Of a stretch of 64,000 nt of DNA, positions 28,622-38,657 are shown piece after piece (position 1 is the stretch's first letter; the number at the start of each line of letters is the position of its first letter). Below the pieces are notes generated by a model. That model was not told the DNA's origin. It saw nothing but the letters and a program-made list of their open reading frames with translations, and made no database searches. The position numbers and the translations under genes are program-made. The stretch is from an uncultured Pseudomonadota bacterium. Lineage in GTDB: Bacteria > Myxococcota_A > Polyangia > Fen-1088. The stretch covers positions 26,280 through 90,279 of the forward strand of contig CAVTSM010000013.1 in the NCBI GenBank assembly GCA_963737345.1, given 5' to 3'.

Positions 28622-29539
28622 ATGGCGGATATGGGTCCAGTGGGTCGTGTTCGGGGGGCCGGGTTGGCGCTGGTTGCGGTCGTTGGACAGGCCGCGGCAT
28701 TGAGTGGTTGTAGTTCCAACCTCACGAGCAACGCCGCGACGGGCGGGGCTCCGGGGTCGGGCGGCGGTGCGCAGGGCGGCGGGAGCGGCGTGATGACTGT
28801 CGGCCCCACGCCCCGACCGCGTCATTGGCAGCAGGTCACCTGTTCCGTGCAGCGGACCGAGTGCTCCGGATTTGTCGAGGATGACTCGACGGGCCTGGAT
28901 GGACTCGACGTGAGCTGCCCGGCGGCCAACCTGGTCCAAGATGTCTCTTTCATCGCGTCGATCTGCTACGAGACGGGAGGGGGAGATGGGGGCGGGCCGC
29001 AGCAAGAGCAGGCGGACGCGCAGGACGCGTGCAACCGGTACTGTGCCGACGCCTTCCTGGGTCTCTACCCTCTCGGCGCTGTCGCAAACAACCGGAATGC
29101 GACAGGGGAGATGGTCACCTGTTCTTCCACGGCGCAAAAGGACACGATCACCGACGAGGTTGGCGGGCAATGCTCGAAGACGAAGCCTGGACCTGGGGCC
29201 GCCCCGGCACGGACCACGTTCGCGCTGTGCCTGCTCTCCGGCCGACAGTGCAACGCGCAGCAAACAGCCAAGGACGGGACGCCGTACTGCACGTCGATGC
29301 CACTCGTCAACGGCGGCCAGTCGACCAGCGGTTGCTTCGATTCCACGACCACGACGGCGGAGCTCTTCTGCCAGAACAACTTTCAGTTCCCCATGCCGCC
29401 GCCGGGCGCGGTGAACCAGTCAGCCCAGTTCCACTCCTGGCGGGTCGCTCAGGTGTTGCAGGAAAACAGCGAAGCAGACTGCCGCACCCAGGCGAACAAC
29501 CTGGGATTCGCCGGCCACGGGCTCAGCACGGCTCACTGA
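28622..29539 (+). CDS. Cys-rich lipoprotein, hypothetical
   Basis: LSGC lipobox, Gly linker, many Cys residues. Confidence 0.7.
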   Translation: MADMGPVGRVRGAGLALVAVVGQAAALSGCSSNLTSNAATGGAPGSGGGAQGGGSGVMTVGPTPRPRHWQQVTCSVQRTECSGFVEDDSTGLDGLDVSCPAANLVQDVSFIASICYETGGGDGGGPQQEQADAQDACNRYCADAFLGLYPLGAVANNRNATGEMVTCSSTAQKDTITDEVGGQCSKTKPGPGAAPARTTFALCLLSGRQCNAQQTAKDGTPYCTSMPLVNGGQSTSGCFDSTTTTAELFCQNNFQFPMPPPGAVNQSAQFHSWRVAQVLQENSEADCRTQANNLGFAGHGLSTAH

Positions 29540-29580
29540 CCTGAACGACGGTTGATCTCGCGCGCGTCGAGGAGCGAGCG

Positions 29581-31542
29581 TCAAGGACGGCTGCCCGGAA
29601 GAAGCGCAAAGATCGACGGTTCAATCGCGCGCCGGCCGGGGTCGGCCGCCCAGGTCGTGGACCAGGGATCGACGGCTTCGGGACCGGTCAAAAGTGGTGT
29701 GGTCACGCCGTCAGTGGCCCCTTCTTCGGGACAGAAGCCGCCGACGTGAAAGGCATGGCCGTCGAAGTGCAAGTAATGGATCAGGTGTCCACCCGCGGCG
29801 TCGAAGGCGGGTTGGGCGCGCCGGACCACCTCTTTCGCGATTGCGAACGGCGCGGCTGCGCTGGAGTAGATACCGTCGACCAGCCCCGTCTCACGCACCA
29901 GCGTCCTGGGCGAGACGAGCGCGTTCAGATCACCCGGATCCAGGTAGTCGCGCACGTCACCGCGTTGCCACTGCCAGCAGGGGTGGTTCCCGTGCAGGCG
30001 CATGATCGCCAGGTCGGAAGGGCCGCCGGCGGCGACAGCCGCACCGACCCGGGTGTCCATCGCGGCGACCCAGTCGGTGATCTCGCCGCCCATCGACAGT
30101 CCGACGGCGACCACCGCCGCCGGATCGACGTGAGGAAGCCTCAGCGCGTAATCGAGGCCACGCATGGCGTCCCAGGCCCGCTCACCGTCTTCTTCCCAGT
30201 CCGAGGTCGACCCAGGGACTTCGATGGCCGCGTGCAGTCCGTTCCCCGTTGCCGGATCGTCGGCGGCCGTGTCGCCGTAAACGGAGGCCCGATCCGCCAG
30301 CGGTCGATGGCCGACGTCGACTGCCACGACGACGAATCCCCTTCGGGCGAACAGATCGCCGTACCAATACAAGCCGGTGGGATTGAAGAGATCGTAGGCG
30401 CTGCCGCCATGCCCGTTCAAAGCCAGCGCCACGGGGTAGCCGCCCGGGGGTGCTGGTGTGGTGGGAATGGCGACGTAGCCGTGGGCGTGTCGGCTCATGA
30501 CCTGACCCCGCGCCAACGCGGGCACGCGGCTGTCAAAGGTCAGCTCGTGCAGCTGGTAGCGCTGAGGCCAGCTGGACATGTCGTCGTCGCGCGCCGCGTC
30601 GGCCAGGGTCGGGAGCGGCTGGCTCGTTGCGACGTCCGTGACCCGCATGTCGAGGGGCGCCGGATTTCCGCCGAACGCCAGCAGCGCAAGCCGCTTCCGC
30701 GTGCGGGTCTGCCAATCGGCCACTTCCGCCATCGTTCGCACGCCGATGCCGTGGGTCAGAACCTCGATCCGGGTGCCCGTCCAGGCAGCGGCCGTCCCGT
30801 CGCCCGGCAGCGCGGTCCCCGAAAGCGTCCGCCCGTCGGCATTGCCGTCGTACGCTGGCTGCCCAGGGGCCGCGCGACGGACGAACGACAGGTGGTGACC
30901 GTCCCATTGCCGGACGTCGACGTCCTCGGACGGCCGCTCGTCGAGCGCGCCGTCGAGCGCGTAAGGCTTGAGCGTCCCGATCAAGGCCGCGCCGGTATGG
31001 TTGGCACGGTCGACCCTCAGGACGGCTTCGGTGTGTCCGTCCAGGGAGACGTCCCAGACGCGCGGCGCGCTCTCGAAGGTTTCATCTCGCCACCCCGTCA
31101 CACGTCCCGTGTACTCGGTGGATTCGTCCGCCGGCGCCGTGGACGACATGCTGGTTCGCCCGGCAAGCACGCCCTCGGCCACCCGGACGCGGTAATGAAC
31201 AGGGCCGGTCGGCTCGACGACGCGCAACCGGAGGATGCCCTCGGCATAAATGGCGGTTTCTATGATCCCGGCCGCCGCTCCTGGCGCTTCCGAAACACTG
31301 GTGCCCGTCACCGTCCCCGTGGTCGGGTCCTTGGTGATGAACAATCGCAAGCGCACGCCGTCGCGATTCAGATACCAGTGTCCGAAAACATCGGGCGGAA
31401 TCGTGCGCGCCCCGTGGTTCGCAGAGAAGGCGGGACGATGCGGAGCAACCGAGGGTGACCGAGCTTCGTCGGCGCACCCCCCGACGGCGCCCGTCAAAAT
31501 GAGAACGTACAAGTGCCGTACGACGTTCCGTGAGCGCCCCAT
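29581..31542 (-). CDS. Lipoprotein with C-terminal alpha/beta hydrolase domain
   Basis: VGGC lipobox; LNGHGG, WDAMRGLDY, VGLSMGG nucleophile motif. Confidence 0.75.
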   Translation of the reverse strand: MGRSRNVVRHLYVLILTGAVGGCADEARSPSVAPHRPAFSANHGARTIPPDVFGHWYLNRDGVRLRLFITKDPTTGTVTGTSVSEAPGAAAGIIETAIYAEGILRLRVVEPTGPVHYRVRVAEGVLAGRTSMSSTAPADESTEYTGRVTGWRDETFESAPRVWDVSLDGHTEAVLRVDRANHTGAALIGTLKPYALDGALDERPSEDVDVRQWDGHHLSFVRRAAPGQPAYDGNADGRTLSGTALPGDGTAAAWTGTRIEVLTHGIGVRTMAEVADWQTRTRKRLALLAFGGNPAPLDMRVTDVATSQPLPTLADAARDDDMSSWPQRYQLHELTFDSRVPALARGQVMSRHAHGYVAIPTTPAPPGGYPVALALNGHGGSAYDLFNPTGLYWYGDLFARRGFVVVAVDVGHRPLADRASVYGDTAADDPATGNGLHAAIEVPGSTSDWEEDGERAWDAMRGLDYALRLPHVDPAAVVAVGLSMGGEITDWVAAMDTRVGAAVAAGGPSDLAIMRLHGNHPCWQWQRGDVRDYLDPGDLNALVSPRTLVRETGLVDGIYSSAAAPFAIAKEVVRRAQPAFDAAGGHLIHYLHFDGHAFHVGGFCPEEGATDGVTTPLLTGPEAVDPWSTTWAADPGRRAIEPSIFALLPGSRP

Positions 31543-31599
31543 CGACTACCGAGGACCCGGACCACGACGAAGAGGTTAAGCGACGGCTCGCCGAGCTCC

Positions 31600-31669
31600 C
31601 CCCGGCAGGGCCCCCAGGGCCCGGGGAGGTCACCGGGGGGCAGTTGACGGAGGGGCGGTTATCGGCCAG
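31600..31669. other. GC box plus XerCD dif-like site, copy 1
   Basis: CCCCGGCAGGGCCCCCAGGGCCCGGGGA, 14 nt, then AGTTGACGGAG-GGGCGG-TTATCGGCCAG (31642-31669; reverse CTGGCCGATAA-N6-CTCCGTCAACT). Confidence 0.6.
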
Positions 31670-31784
31670 CAGCGCTTGTTTTACTTATCCTCTCGCTGGA
31701 CCAAGTCCCTGCCGCCGTCATCACGGGCTACGGCGAGGCGATACGTTTGAACCGTGGTCAGCGGGGCATCTGACCGCGCGCTGC

Positions 31785-33608
31785 CTACGGCCGCAGGGGA
31801 AGCCAAACGAAGCACAGTCGACCGTGGCGGTCGGCGTCAAGCGCGCTGCCCAGCACCTTCACCATGGAGTCGGTTGTGGGCCACACGTAGTGAGCGGCCG
31901 TCACTGTCGCACCCATGTCGACACCGGCGTCGGTCAGGATGCTGGAGATCGCTCGTACGCCGCCACGATCCCAGACGACAGGCTGGCTGGGCGGACTGTT
32001 GAGAGCGCCCCGGCTACCTCCCACCGCCACCTTGCCATCCGGGACGATGCTTGAAATCGTTGAGATGGTCGCGCTGCCGAGGTGGGGGAGAAGCGCGAAT
32101 CCCCCTGTCTCCGACCAGCGGAACGGCCGTCGGGGGTCCTCGCTGGATTTTCCGACGAGGTTTACCTGACCGTTCACCGTGCTGCCATTGTCGCTCAGCG
32201 CGAGGAGCTGGATATCGTATCGGACGAACGCAGGGAGTCCAACGGGTACAGGGGGGTCGAAGGCTTCGTCCGGCAGCTTGAAGCGCTCGAGATCGCGCGT
32301 CTTGGTCCAGCGGAGCAGGGTTCTGCCAGTCAAGTCGAGCCCCACGGCGGCGCTCCCGTCGGCGTTGGTCAGTGTGATGATACCCGGACCACTCGCGATG
32401 GGGACCGTGCCTGAAGCGGCGGTCCACCGATACCCCATGCCCGCGATCGTGGTGGCGCCGGGTTCCGAACAGACGCCGTAGACAGTGCTCCCGTCGGCCG
32501 AGAGCACAGTCGGGCGACATGCCAGACCGGGAAGCGGTGGAATGTCGGTACGACCTCCGTCCTTCGACCAGCGGAAGGTCATGCTGCCAACAACGCCGGC
32601 AGTCTTGCTGCCGACGTCGCCGATCACGACACGCGCGTCGCTGCTGAGGAGAGAAGGGCCGGGGGCGAACGAAGTAGGGACGCCTCCCGCGGGCCACCCC
32701 GGTAGGCGTTCTACGTCGACGAAGCCGTCGCGGTCGGTCCAGGTGAAATAACGACTTGCGCGTACTGGATCCGCCGGCGACTGATAACCTCCCCAGGCTG
32801 TCCGGCCGTCAGGGCTCACGTACGAGATTTGGCCGTTGACCATTACGGATACGGGCGCGAGCCATGTGTATCCGCCTTTCGCCGACCAGCGGAATAAACG
32901 GCGCGGGACGAATTCGTTGGGGCGCGGGGAGAACATCTCTAGTCCGAAAACGCTCGTGCCGTCGCCACTGATTTTGTTAACCAAAGGAACCGAGGAATGT
33001 GCGTCGGGAAACGTTGGCAGCAGCACCGTACCTCCGGCTTCTGTCCAGACGAAGCTCTCCCCGTAGGGAATGCTCAAGGAGTAATCAATGCCAAGGATCA
33101 CCGTGCCGTCTTGACTGACGGCGGCGATCTGGGGGTAGGGCACACTGATCGGAAGAAGCTGCAAGCGGGGAGAGGGGCCAGCCGCGCCGCCGGTCGCCCC
33201 GGCGCCGCCTCCGCTGGAGCCTGCCACTCCGCCCGTCCCCGACGCGCCAGCGCCAGCCGCTCCGCGGCCCGCCGAGCCCCCCGCACCGCCACCGCCGGCC
33301 GCGTCGCCGGCTGCCGCGCCCCCCGCACCGCCACCGCCGGCCGCGCCGCCGGCTGCCGAGCCACTCGCACCACTCGGATTCGATCCCATTCCACCCGAAC
33401 TGGCTCCGGCGGAAACGCCGTCGCCACCCGTTGATCCGCTACGCCCCGCTTGCCCCGTCATGGTGACGTTGCCGGCGCCCGCGCTGCCCGCGTGACCGCT
33501 GCCCTGGACACCCCCATCGGCGGACACCTGGTGCCCCCGGCCCCCGTCGCAGGACAGGACGCCAAATAGTGCGACAGTTCCCGACGCCAGCCAGCGGAAG
33601 CGGTTCAT
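31785..33608 (-). CDS. Lipoprotein with Gly-rich linker and HAF-like beta-repeat domain
   Basis: VLSC lipobox; repeated (S)xDG...FRW(S/T)xxGG units. Confidence 0.75.
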   Translation of the reverse strand: MNRFRWLASGTVALFGVLSCDGGRGHQVSADGGVQGSGHAGSAGAGNVTMTGQAGRSGSTGGDGVSAGASSGGMGSNPSGASGSAAGGAAGGGGAGGAAAGDAAGGGGAGGSAGRGAAGAGASGTGGVAGSSGGGAGATGGAAGPSPRLQLLPISVPYPQIAAVSQDGTVILGIDYSLSIPYGESFVWTEAGGTVLLPTFPDAHSSVPLVNKISGDGTSVFGLEMFSPRPNEFVPRRLFRWSAKGGYTWLAPVSVMVNGQISYVSPDGRTAWGGYQSPADPVRASRYFTWTDRDGFVDVERLPGWPAGGVPTSFAPGPSLLSSDARVVIGDVGSKTAGVVGSMTFRWSKDGGRTDIPPLPGLACRPTVLSADGSTVYGVCSEPGATTIAGMGYRWTAASGTVPIASGPGIITLTNADGSAAVGLDLTGRTLLRWTKTRDLERFKLPDEAFDPPVPVGLPAFVRYDIQLLALSDNGSTVNGQVNLVGKSSEDPRRPFRWSETGGFALLPHLGSATISTISSIVPDGKVAVGGSRGALNSPPSQPVVWDRGGVRAISSILTDAGVDMGATVTAAHYVWPTTDSMVKVLGSALDADRHGRLCFVWLPLRP

Positions 33609-33858
33609 CCTGGTACCTTCATGTCGGCGCACTCGACAAACGTTTATCGTTTCTCACGACAAAGGGGTGCGCCCCGTGAATCATGCAACGCGCCGCAGCG
33701 ACGACTCGTCTCCGTTCAAGGAATGGTTACAGCCAACATCGCCGTGCAGTGGGCCAGCCGGAAGCGCCGCTTCGGAGTGGGCGCGACGGGGGGCGTCTTG
33801 GCGTCGGCGCGCCGGTACTGCGTCGCCCGCGGCGGGGACACGAAGAATAAGCGCGCGA

Positions 33859-34050
33859 TGTCAACGCCAAGTAGAAACGTCCGGGTTTCTGCCAAGTAGA
33901 AATGTCCGGTCCGACAGGGCCTGAGCGCGCTCCTCGCGACGCTGGGCCGCGCGAAGATTCTGAGCCTTCGTGCGTTCCCTCTGATCCTTCTCGAACTGAT
34001 CCATCGCCGCAAGACATCGGAAAGGAGCTGAGTTGAGTCCGATCATGCGT
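33859..34050 (-). mobile_element. Remnant end of an IS1202/ISNCY-like insertion sequence
   Basis: Terminus TGTCAAC with two internal repeats GCCAAGTAGAAA(C/T)GTCCGG (33866-33884, 33891-33909); no transposase core or opposite end seen. Confidence 0.65.
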
Positions 34051-34078
34051 CGAACGCCCGGTGCTCTCCGCCGCTCGC

Positions 34079-34648
34079 CTACTCCCCGAACACCTCCGCC
34101 ACGCGCACGGTCACGTCCTGAAATGCGAGCGGCGCCAGGCTCTCACCTGGCCGGTACGGCGTGACGCGCGTGTAGCTGCCGCCCGCCGGGTCGCTGTGCC
34201 GCTCAATTACCTTGTCAGCGATGTTGACGACCCAATACTCGGGCACGCCGGCGCGGGCGTAGAGGTCGGCCTTCTCGTGGCGATCGAACTTCAGCGAGGC
34301 ATCGGCGACCTCGATGATGAGGAACGCGTGGCCGGGGTGGGCATCTTTGAAGTAGCGAGGCTCGACGAGGGCGACATCGGGCTCGGGAAGGCTGTCCTCG
34401 CCGGAGGCGAACGGGAGCTGCACGCGGACGTCGGCGCGCCCGAGAAGCGGCGGGAGTAGCAACCTGTTCAGCATCTGGATCGCGGCCGCGTGCGGGGTGT
34501 TCTGCGGGCTCATTCGGACGATGACCCCCTCTATGAGCTCGATGCGCTCGTCGCGGAAAAGACCCGCGGCGATCATTCGCTCGTACTCTTCGCGCCGCAG
34601 CGGTCGCTGACGTTCCGCGAGCTGGCCCATAGCGTCCAAGTCTATCAC
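34079..34648 (-). CDS. Uma2 family endonuclease
   Basis: RIELIEGVIVRMSP...H, PEPDVAL, IIEVADAS...D...K...YARAGVPEYWVVN. Confidence 0.92.
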   Translation of the reverse strand: MIDLDAMGQLAERQRPLRREEYERMIAAGLFRDERIELIEGVIVRMSPQNTPHAAAIQMLNRLLLPPLLGRADVRVQLPFASGEDSLPEPDVALVEPRYFKDAHPGHAFLIIEVADASLKFDRHEKADLYARAGVPEYWVVNIADKVIERHSDPAGGSYTRVTPYRPGESLAPLAFQDVTVRVAEVFGE

Positions 34649-34883
34649 GTCGGTTCGCCGCCGCCGGCTCTGCCGAGCGTAAGTAGGGGGCCTGCGTCGA
34701 CGGCGAGCGCGCTATCCGTGTTCGGCATACGCGACCTCGTCGGCGGCGTCTTCCGGGCGCAGGTTACTCATCGCGCATCGCCCGCTAGCCCCGCTTCGAG
34801 AGCACAGAGTCGTCGCAGGCGATCGTCAGAGTCCGCGTCATGACCCGCCTTAGCCTACACGGCGGTGTGGCCGAGATCGTCAT

Positions 34884-34953
34884 CCCCGGCAGGGCCCGCA
34901 GGGCCCGGGAAAAGCGGGCGGGAGAAGTTGACATAGCGCCCCATTATGGGACA
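34884..34953. other. GC box plus XerCD dif-like site, copy 2
   Basis: CCCCGGCAGGGCCCGCAGGGCCCGGGAA, 14 nt, then AGTTGACATAG-CGCCCA-TTATGGGACAC (34926-34953; reverse GTGTCCCATAA-TGGGCG-CTATGTCAACT). Confidence 0.75.
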
Positions 34954-35018
34954 CAGCCCGCTTGAACCGAGTGACCGCGGCGCTCAGCGTATTGCCGCGG
35001 TCGAAGTCGCTCGAACCG

Positions 35019-36269
35019 TCAGTTCGGCGCAAACGCCATCTGGAGGAAGTTGAAAAGCCCAACCTCTGCCGTCGGATAATCGTGTTTGCCATCAGCCGGG
35101 CCCGACCCACCAATGTTGTTTTGAAACGAGAAGTTCGCCGCGGTGATGTTCGGGCCCTTGGTCGCCAGTCCATCCGCCGCAGACTTCGCGCTGCCGCCGG
35201 CCGTGGTGTCGCTCTTTCCGACTTCGATGTAGAAGTAGTAGACAGGATTCATCTGGGGATTCTCCATCGCGACGTGATCCGCGATGTCGCTGGCAGGGAA
35301 ACTGCCGCCCGCCGGATGCAGGGCGCCGAACCAGGCGAAGTCCTTCAGATGGGCGCAAAGACCGATCAGGATCGTCTGCATCCCACCGAATGAAAACCCG
35401 GCCAGCGCTCGCGAGGCGCGATCTTTCTTGACCGAATAATTCGCCTCGATGAACGGAATCAGGTCGTTCATCAACTCACCGCCAAAGTTGTAGTAGCCCT
35501 TGTCGTTTGAAGGGCTTCCAATCGTCCCAAACGGGAACACGGCAATGAACGGCTTGGTCGCCTTCGAGTTGATCAGGTTGTCAAAGACGGTCAAGAGCGG
35601 CGGATTCGCGAGCTGATACCACCTGCTCTCGTTGTTTCCGTAGCCATGCAGAATCACAATATACGGGTACTGCATCTGCGGGTCATAGCCGGGCGGCGTG
35701 TAGATATTGACCGGCTTCGTAACCGGCGTGCTCTGCTTGACCGGTGGCTTGAAGATATCGCCAACCGATCCGTTCGCGTTGTAGTAGTACGCTTGATACA
35801 TCTTGTTGGTCCATTTTCCACCGTTCGGAACGGCAGTGGCGAAGCTGGCCGGTATCGAGGTTGCGCTCTGGGGCGTCACGTGCGGTACGCCGCCGACCGG
35901 TCCGGGATCCGACCCGCCCGAGCCACCACCTGTTCCGGTGCTTCCTCCCTGAGCGCCACCGCCACGGCCGGCCGTGCTGGCGCCAGCGGTGCCGCCGGTG
36001 CCGCCGCCCGTTCCGGGAGCAGAGCCACCAGTTCCGGGTGCCACGCCCCCGGTGCCAACCACGCCCCCGGTTCCGGTCGTTCCGCCGGTCGCGGCGGGAG
36101 ATCCGCCCGTGCCAACAGTGCCGCCCGTCGCGGCCGTCGTCGTGCCGCCGGATCCGTTGCTGCCTCCGGTTCCCGGCGTACCGCCGGCGTCGCTGCTCGA
36201 GCAGGCGGGCAAGAGGAGGACAGCAACGAGCGCCCGGGTCAACGTGCCTACCTTGCTTTGCATTTTCAT
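35019..36269 (-). CDS. Lipoprotein esterase (CE1 / XynZ-like)
   Basis: LPAC lipobox, TGG linker, IYTPPGY, ILHG, DLIPFIEANY, RALAGFSFGG. Confidence 0.85.
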   Translation of the reverse strand: MKMQSKVGTLTRALVAVLLLPACSSSDAGGTPGTGGSNGSGGTTTAATGGTVGTGGSPAATGGTTGTGGVVGTGGVAPGTGGSAPGTGGGTGGTAGASTAGRGGGAQGGSTGTGGGSGGSDPGPVGGVPHVTPQSATSIPASFATAVPNGGKWTNKMYQAYYYNANGSVGDIFKPPVKQSTPVTKPVNIYTPPGYDPQMQYPYIVILHGYGNNESRWYQLANPPLLTVFDNLINSKATKPFIAVFPFGTIGSPSNDKGYYNFGGELMNDLIPFIEANYSVKKDRASRALAGFSFGGMQTILIGLCAHLKDFAWFGALHPAGGSFPASDIADHVAMENPQMNPVYYFYIEVGKSDTTAGGSAKSAADGLATKGPNITAANFSFQNNIGGSGPADGKHDYPTAEVGLFNFLQMAFAPN

Positions 36270-36592
36270 CTGGTTCTCCGTCTACCCTGCGACATTGCGT
36301 GATTCCGTCGGGTCATATTCTTAGACCAAGTCATCGGCGAGGACACGAGGTCATTTTTGCAACAGGGCTTTCCGCGAGTGGAGCCCTGGGTGCGGAAGAA
36401 AACGGTCACCTACGAAAAGGTCAACCGCCGGCAAAGAGCGATATTAGGCTCCGAGTGGCCCGCGGGGAGGCTTACGGGGTCGGCGCGAATCACTGGGCTG
36501 CAGCAACGATCGCCCGGCGTCATGCGTCGCGGCCAGGTGCTAATGAGCCACGTCAGGCACTCGCTGACGCGATGCAGAAGTTCTGGGCGCAG

Positions 36593-38221
36593 TCAGCTGG
36601 ACGGTCGGGCGGCAAGCGCATCCGCCGCTCCGACGGTTACGATCCCCATCGGTCCTGATGGCCCGCTCTCATCGTCCACGCCGCGCGCCGGGCCGGCTGC
36701 GATCGCGGGTTCGATCGACAGCGCGTGACGGAAGACGTTGCGCGGGTCGAATTGGGCCTTGAGCGCGCGCAGCCGCGGGTAGTTGCTCTGATAATAGATC
36801 GTCGACCAAGGGACGCCGGACGTGTTCCAGGCTGGATCGGCGAGATCGATGTCCGGATGATTGATCAGCGAGCCGTCGTACGCCGCGCCGGGCACCGCCA
36901 CGCCGCCCGTTTCCGCGAAGAGATCACGATACAAGGCGCGCACCCAGGCTAAAGAGCGCTGCTCGTCGCGCGGATCGCTCCAGCCGGTCGCGCAGCCGAT
37001 CTCCATCACCGCCGAACGTGAGGCGGTGGCGGTCGCGTCGGGCGCGACCCGATTGACGGCCCCACCGTAGGTCATCAGCGTCAGCGCGCCCGCCGCGGCC
37101 GGATCCACGAGGTGACGATACGCCACCGCCAGCTGGTGTTCGGCGAGACCCCGGCGCAAGAGCGCGTCCTTCACCTTCACGAAGGCCCGGTCGACCCCAG
37201 GCACGAACAGCTCCGGGAAGGGGCGCAGCGCGAACCCCAGCCAGGATAGTCTTTCCGTCGACCGCGTTGCCGGCGCGCCGACGTCCGTCGCCAAGGCAGC
37301 CACGTGCTCTTCGAACAGGCTTTGCGCGTCGTTGCCGGTGGTCACGATCCCTTTCAGATCCACCGTCCCGGCCAGACGTGGCTGAAAGGACAGCGTGCTG
37401 AACAGCGCCGACTCCCGCGCGCCGGGCGCGCTGTGGCTCTGACACCATTCGCCGAAGTTTCGCCCCAGGCGGATCAGCGCGCGCTCGTCGAGGTCGGCCC
37501 AATTCCAGGAGGCCCGGAACACCAACACCGACTCGGGCGCGCGGGGCAAGAGCGCCCCCGGATCGCGTCCCTCGGCTTCGGGAGAGCGAAACCAGTAGCG
37601 GGTGACCACGCCAAAATTGCCGCCGCCCGCTCCCGTGTGCGCCCACCACAGATCGCGATTCGGATCCGCCGCGTCGCGCGTCGCCACGACCGCTCGGGCC
37701 CCCCCTTCCGCATCGACGACCACGACTTCCACGGCATACAGGTGGTCCGCGCCCAGGCCATGCTGGCGATGCAAGAAGCCGTGCGCACCGCCCACGATGT
37801 GCCCGCCGATGCCAACCGCAGGGCTCTGCCCCGCCGGAATCAGCACGCCCCAGCCGTGATAGAGCCGCCCGTAGACTTCTCTCAACGTGGTGCCGCCCTC
37901 GACGGCGAACGCCCTGCGCTCCGGGTCGTACGTCACACCAGTCATGGCCGACATGTCGATGAGCGCCTTGACTGCCGAGTCGGCGACGAACCCCTCCAGG
38001 CAATGGCCGCCGCTGCGCACCGCCAGCCGCCGCTCTTCGCGCACCGCCGCTTCCACAGCGGCGAGCAGCTGCTCGGTCAATCCCACCACCCGCACGTAAT
38101 CGGGACTGCCGACGAAGCGGCGATTGAATCCTCGGCTCACCAGGTCCGCGTAGCGCGCATCTTCCGGCGTGATGGGGCGACTGTCCGCGCGGGCCTCGGG
38201 TGAGCGTGTTCGATCGGTCAT
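36593..38221 (-). CDS. FAD-binding oxidoreductase, berberine-bridge (BBE) family
   Basis: VRSGGHCLE, VGIGGHIVGG, GAGGGNFGVVT, NYPRLRALKAQFDPRNVF. Confidence 0.92.
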   Translation of the reverse strand: MTDRTRSPEARADSRPITPEDARYADLVSRGFNRRFVGSPDYVRVVGLTEQLLAAVEAAVREERRLAVRSGGHCLEGFVADSAVKALIDMSAMTGVTYDPERRAFAVEGGTTLREVYGRLYHGWGVLIPAGQSPAVGIGGHIVGGAHGFLHRQHGLGADHLYAVEVVVVDAEGGARAVVATRDAADPNRDLWWAHTGAGGGNFGVVTRYWFRSPEAEGRDPGALLPRAPESVLVFRASWNWADLDERALIRLGRNFGEWCQSHSAPGARESALFSTLSFQPRLAGTVDLKGIVTTGNDAQSLFEEHVAALATDVGAPATRSTERLSWLGFALRPFPELFVPGVDRAFVKVKDALLRRGLAEHQLAVAYRHLVDPAAAGALTLMTYGGAVNRVAPDATATASRSAVMEIGCATGWSDPRDEQRSLAWVRALYRDLFAETGGVAVPGAAYDGSLINHPDIDLADPAWNTSGVPWSTIYYQSNYPRLRALKAQFDPRNVFRHALSIEPAIAAGPARGVDDESGPSGPMGIVTVGAADALAARPSS

Positions 38222-38657
38222 CTCCCTCCTCCTGAGGGTGAAAAGCTACGTCAAGGACTCTCAACGAGCCAACCACTCGCACTTGCCTTGCACGCAGGCG
38301 CCAGCATGCGCCGGGCGGAACTCGTCCACGTTGGAGCGCCGGGCGTCGGCTTCAGCGCAGCGGGACCCCACCTACCCAGGCGTTCGGATCTTGACGTTCA
38401 TGGTGAGCCTTGACCGCAGGGGACGAGTGAGCGAGCTCGGTCTGAACGCCATCCTCGTCAACGTTGGATGAGCGCCTTCAGACCAATCACCACGTCTGCG
38501 GCGCTGCTAAGAAAACGCACAGTTGGGCGGATTCGACGTGCTGTGGTCGACGCGCTCCGGCGCGACCGCCGGAAGCTCCTGCGGAAGCAGGGGCGCGGGC
38601 GCTTTCAGTTTCCCGGCGTTTGCGCGCGCGTGGCAGTCTCTTCGCGGGGAGGCAGCC

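Noticed and set aside
33170-33500. GC-rich repeats in lipoprotein genes (also 35900-36200)
   Set aside because: They encode Gly/Ala/Thr linkers typical of these lipoproteins and are not separate DNA elements.
33728-33830. attC-like sequence GCCAACATCGCCGTGCAGTGG...
   Set aside because: Only the left half resembles attC; the complementary right arm and GTT core are missing.
33840-33866. Another dif-like site GAATAA-GCGCG-CGATGTCAACG
   Set aside because: The spacer is 5 rather than 6 bp and TGTCAAC is explained as the IS terminus.
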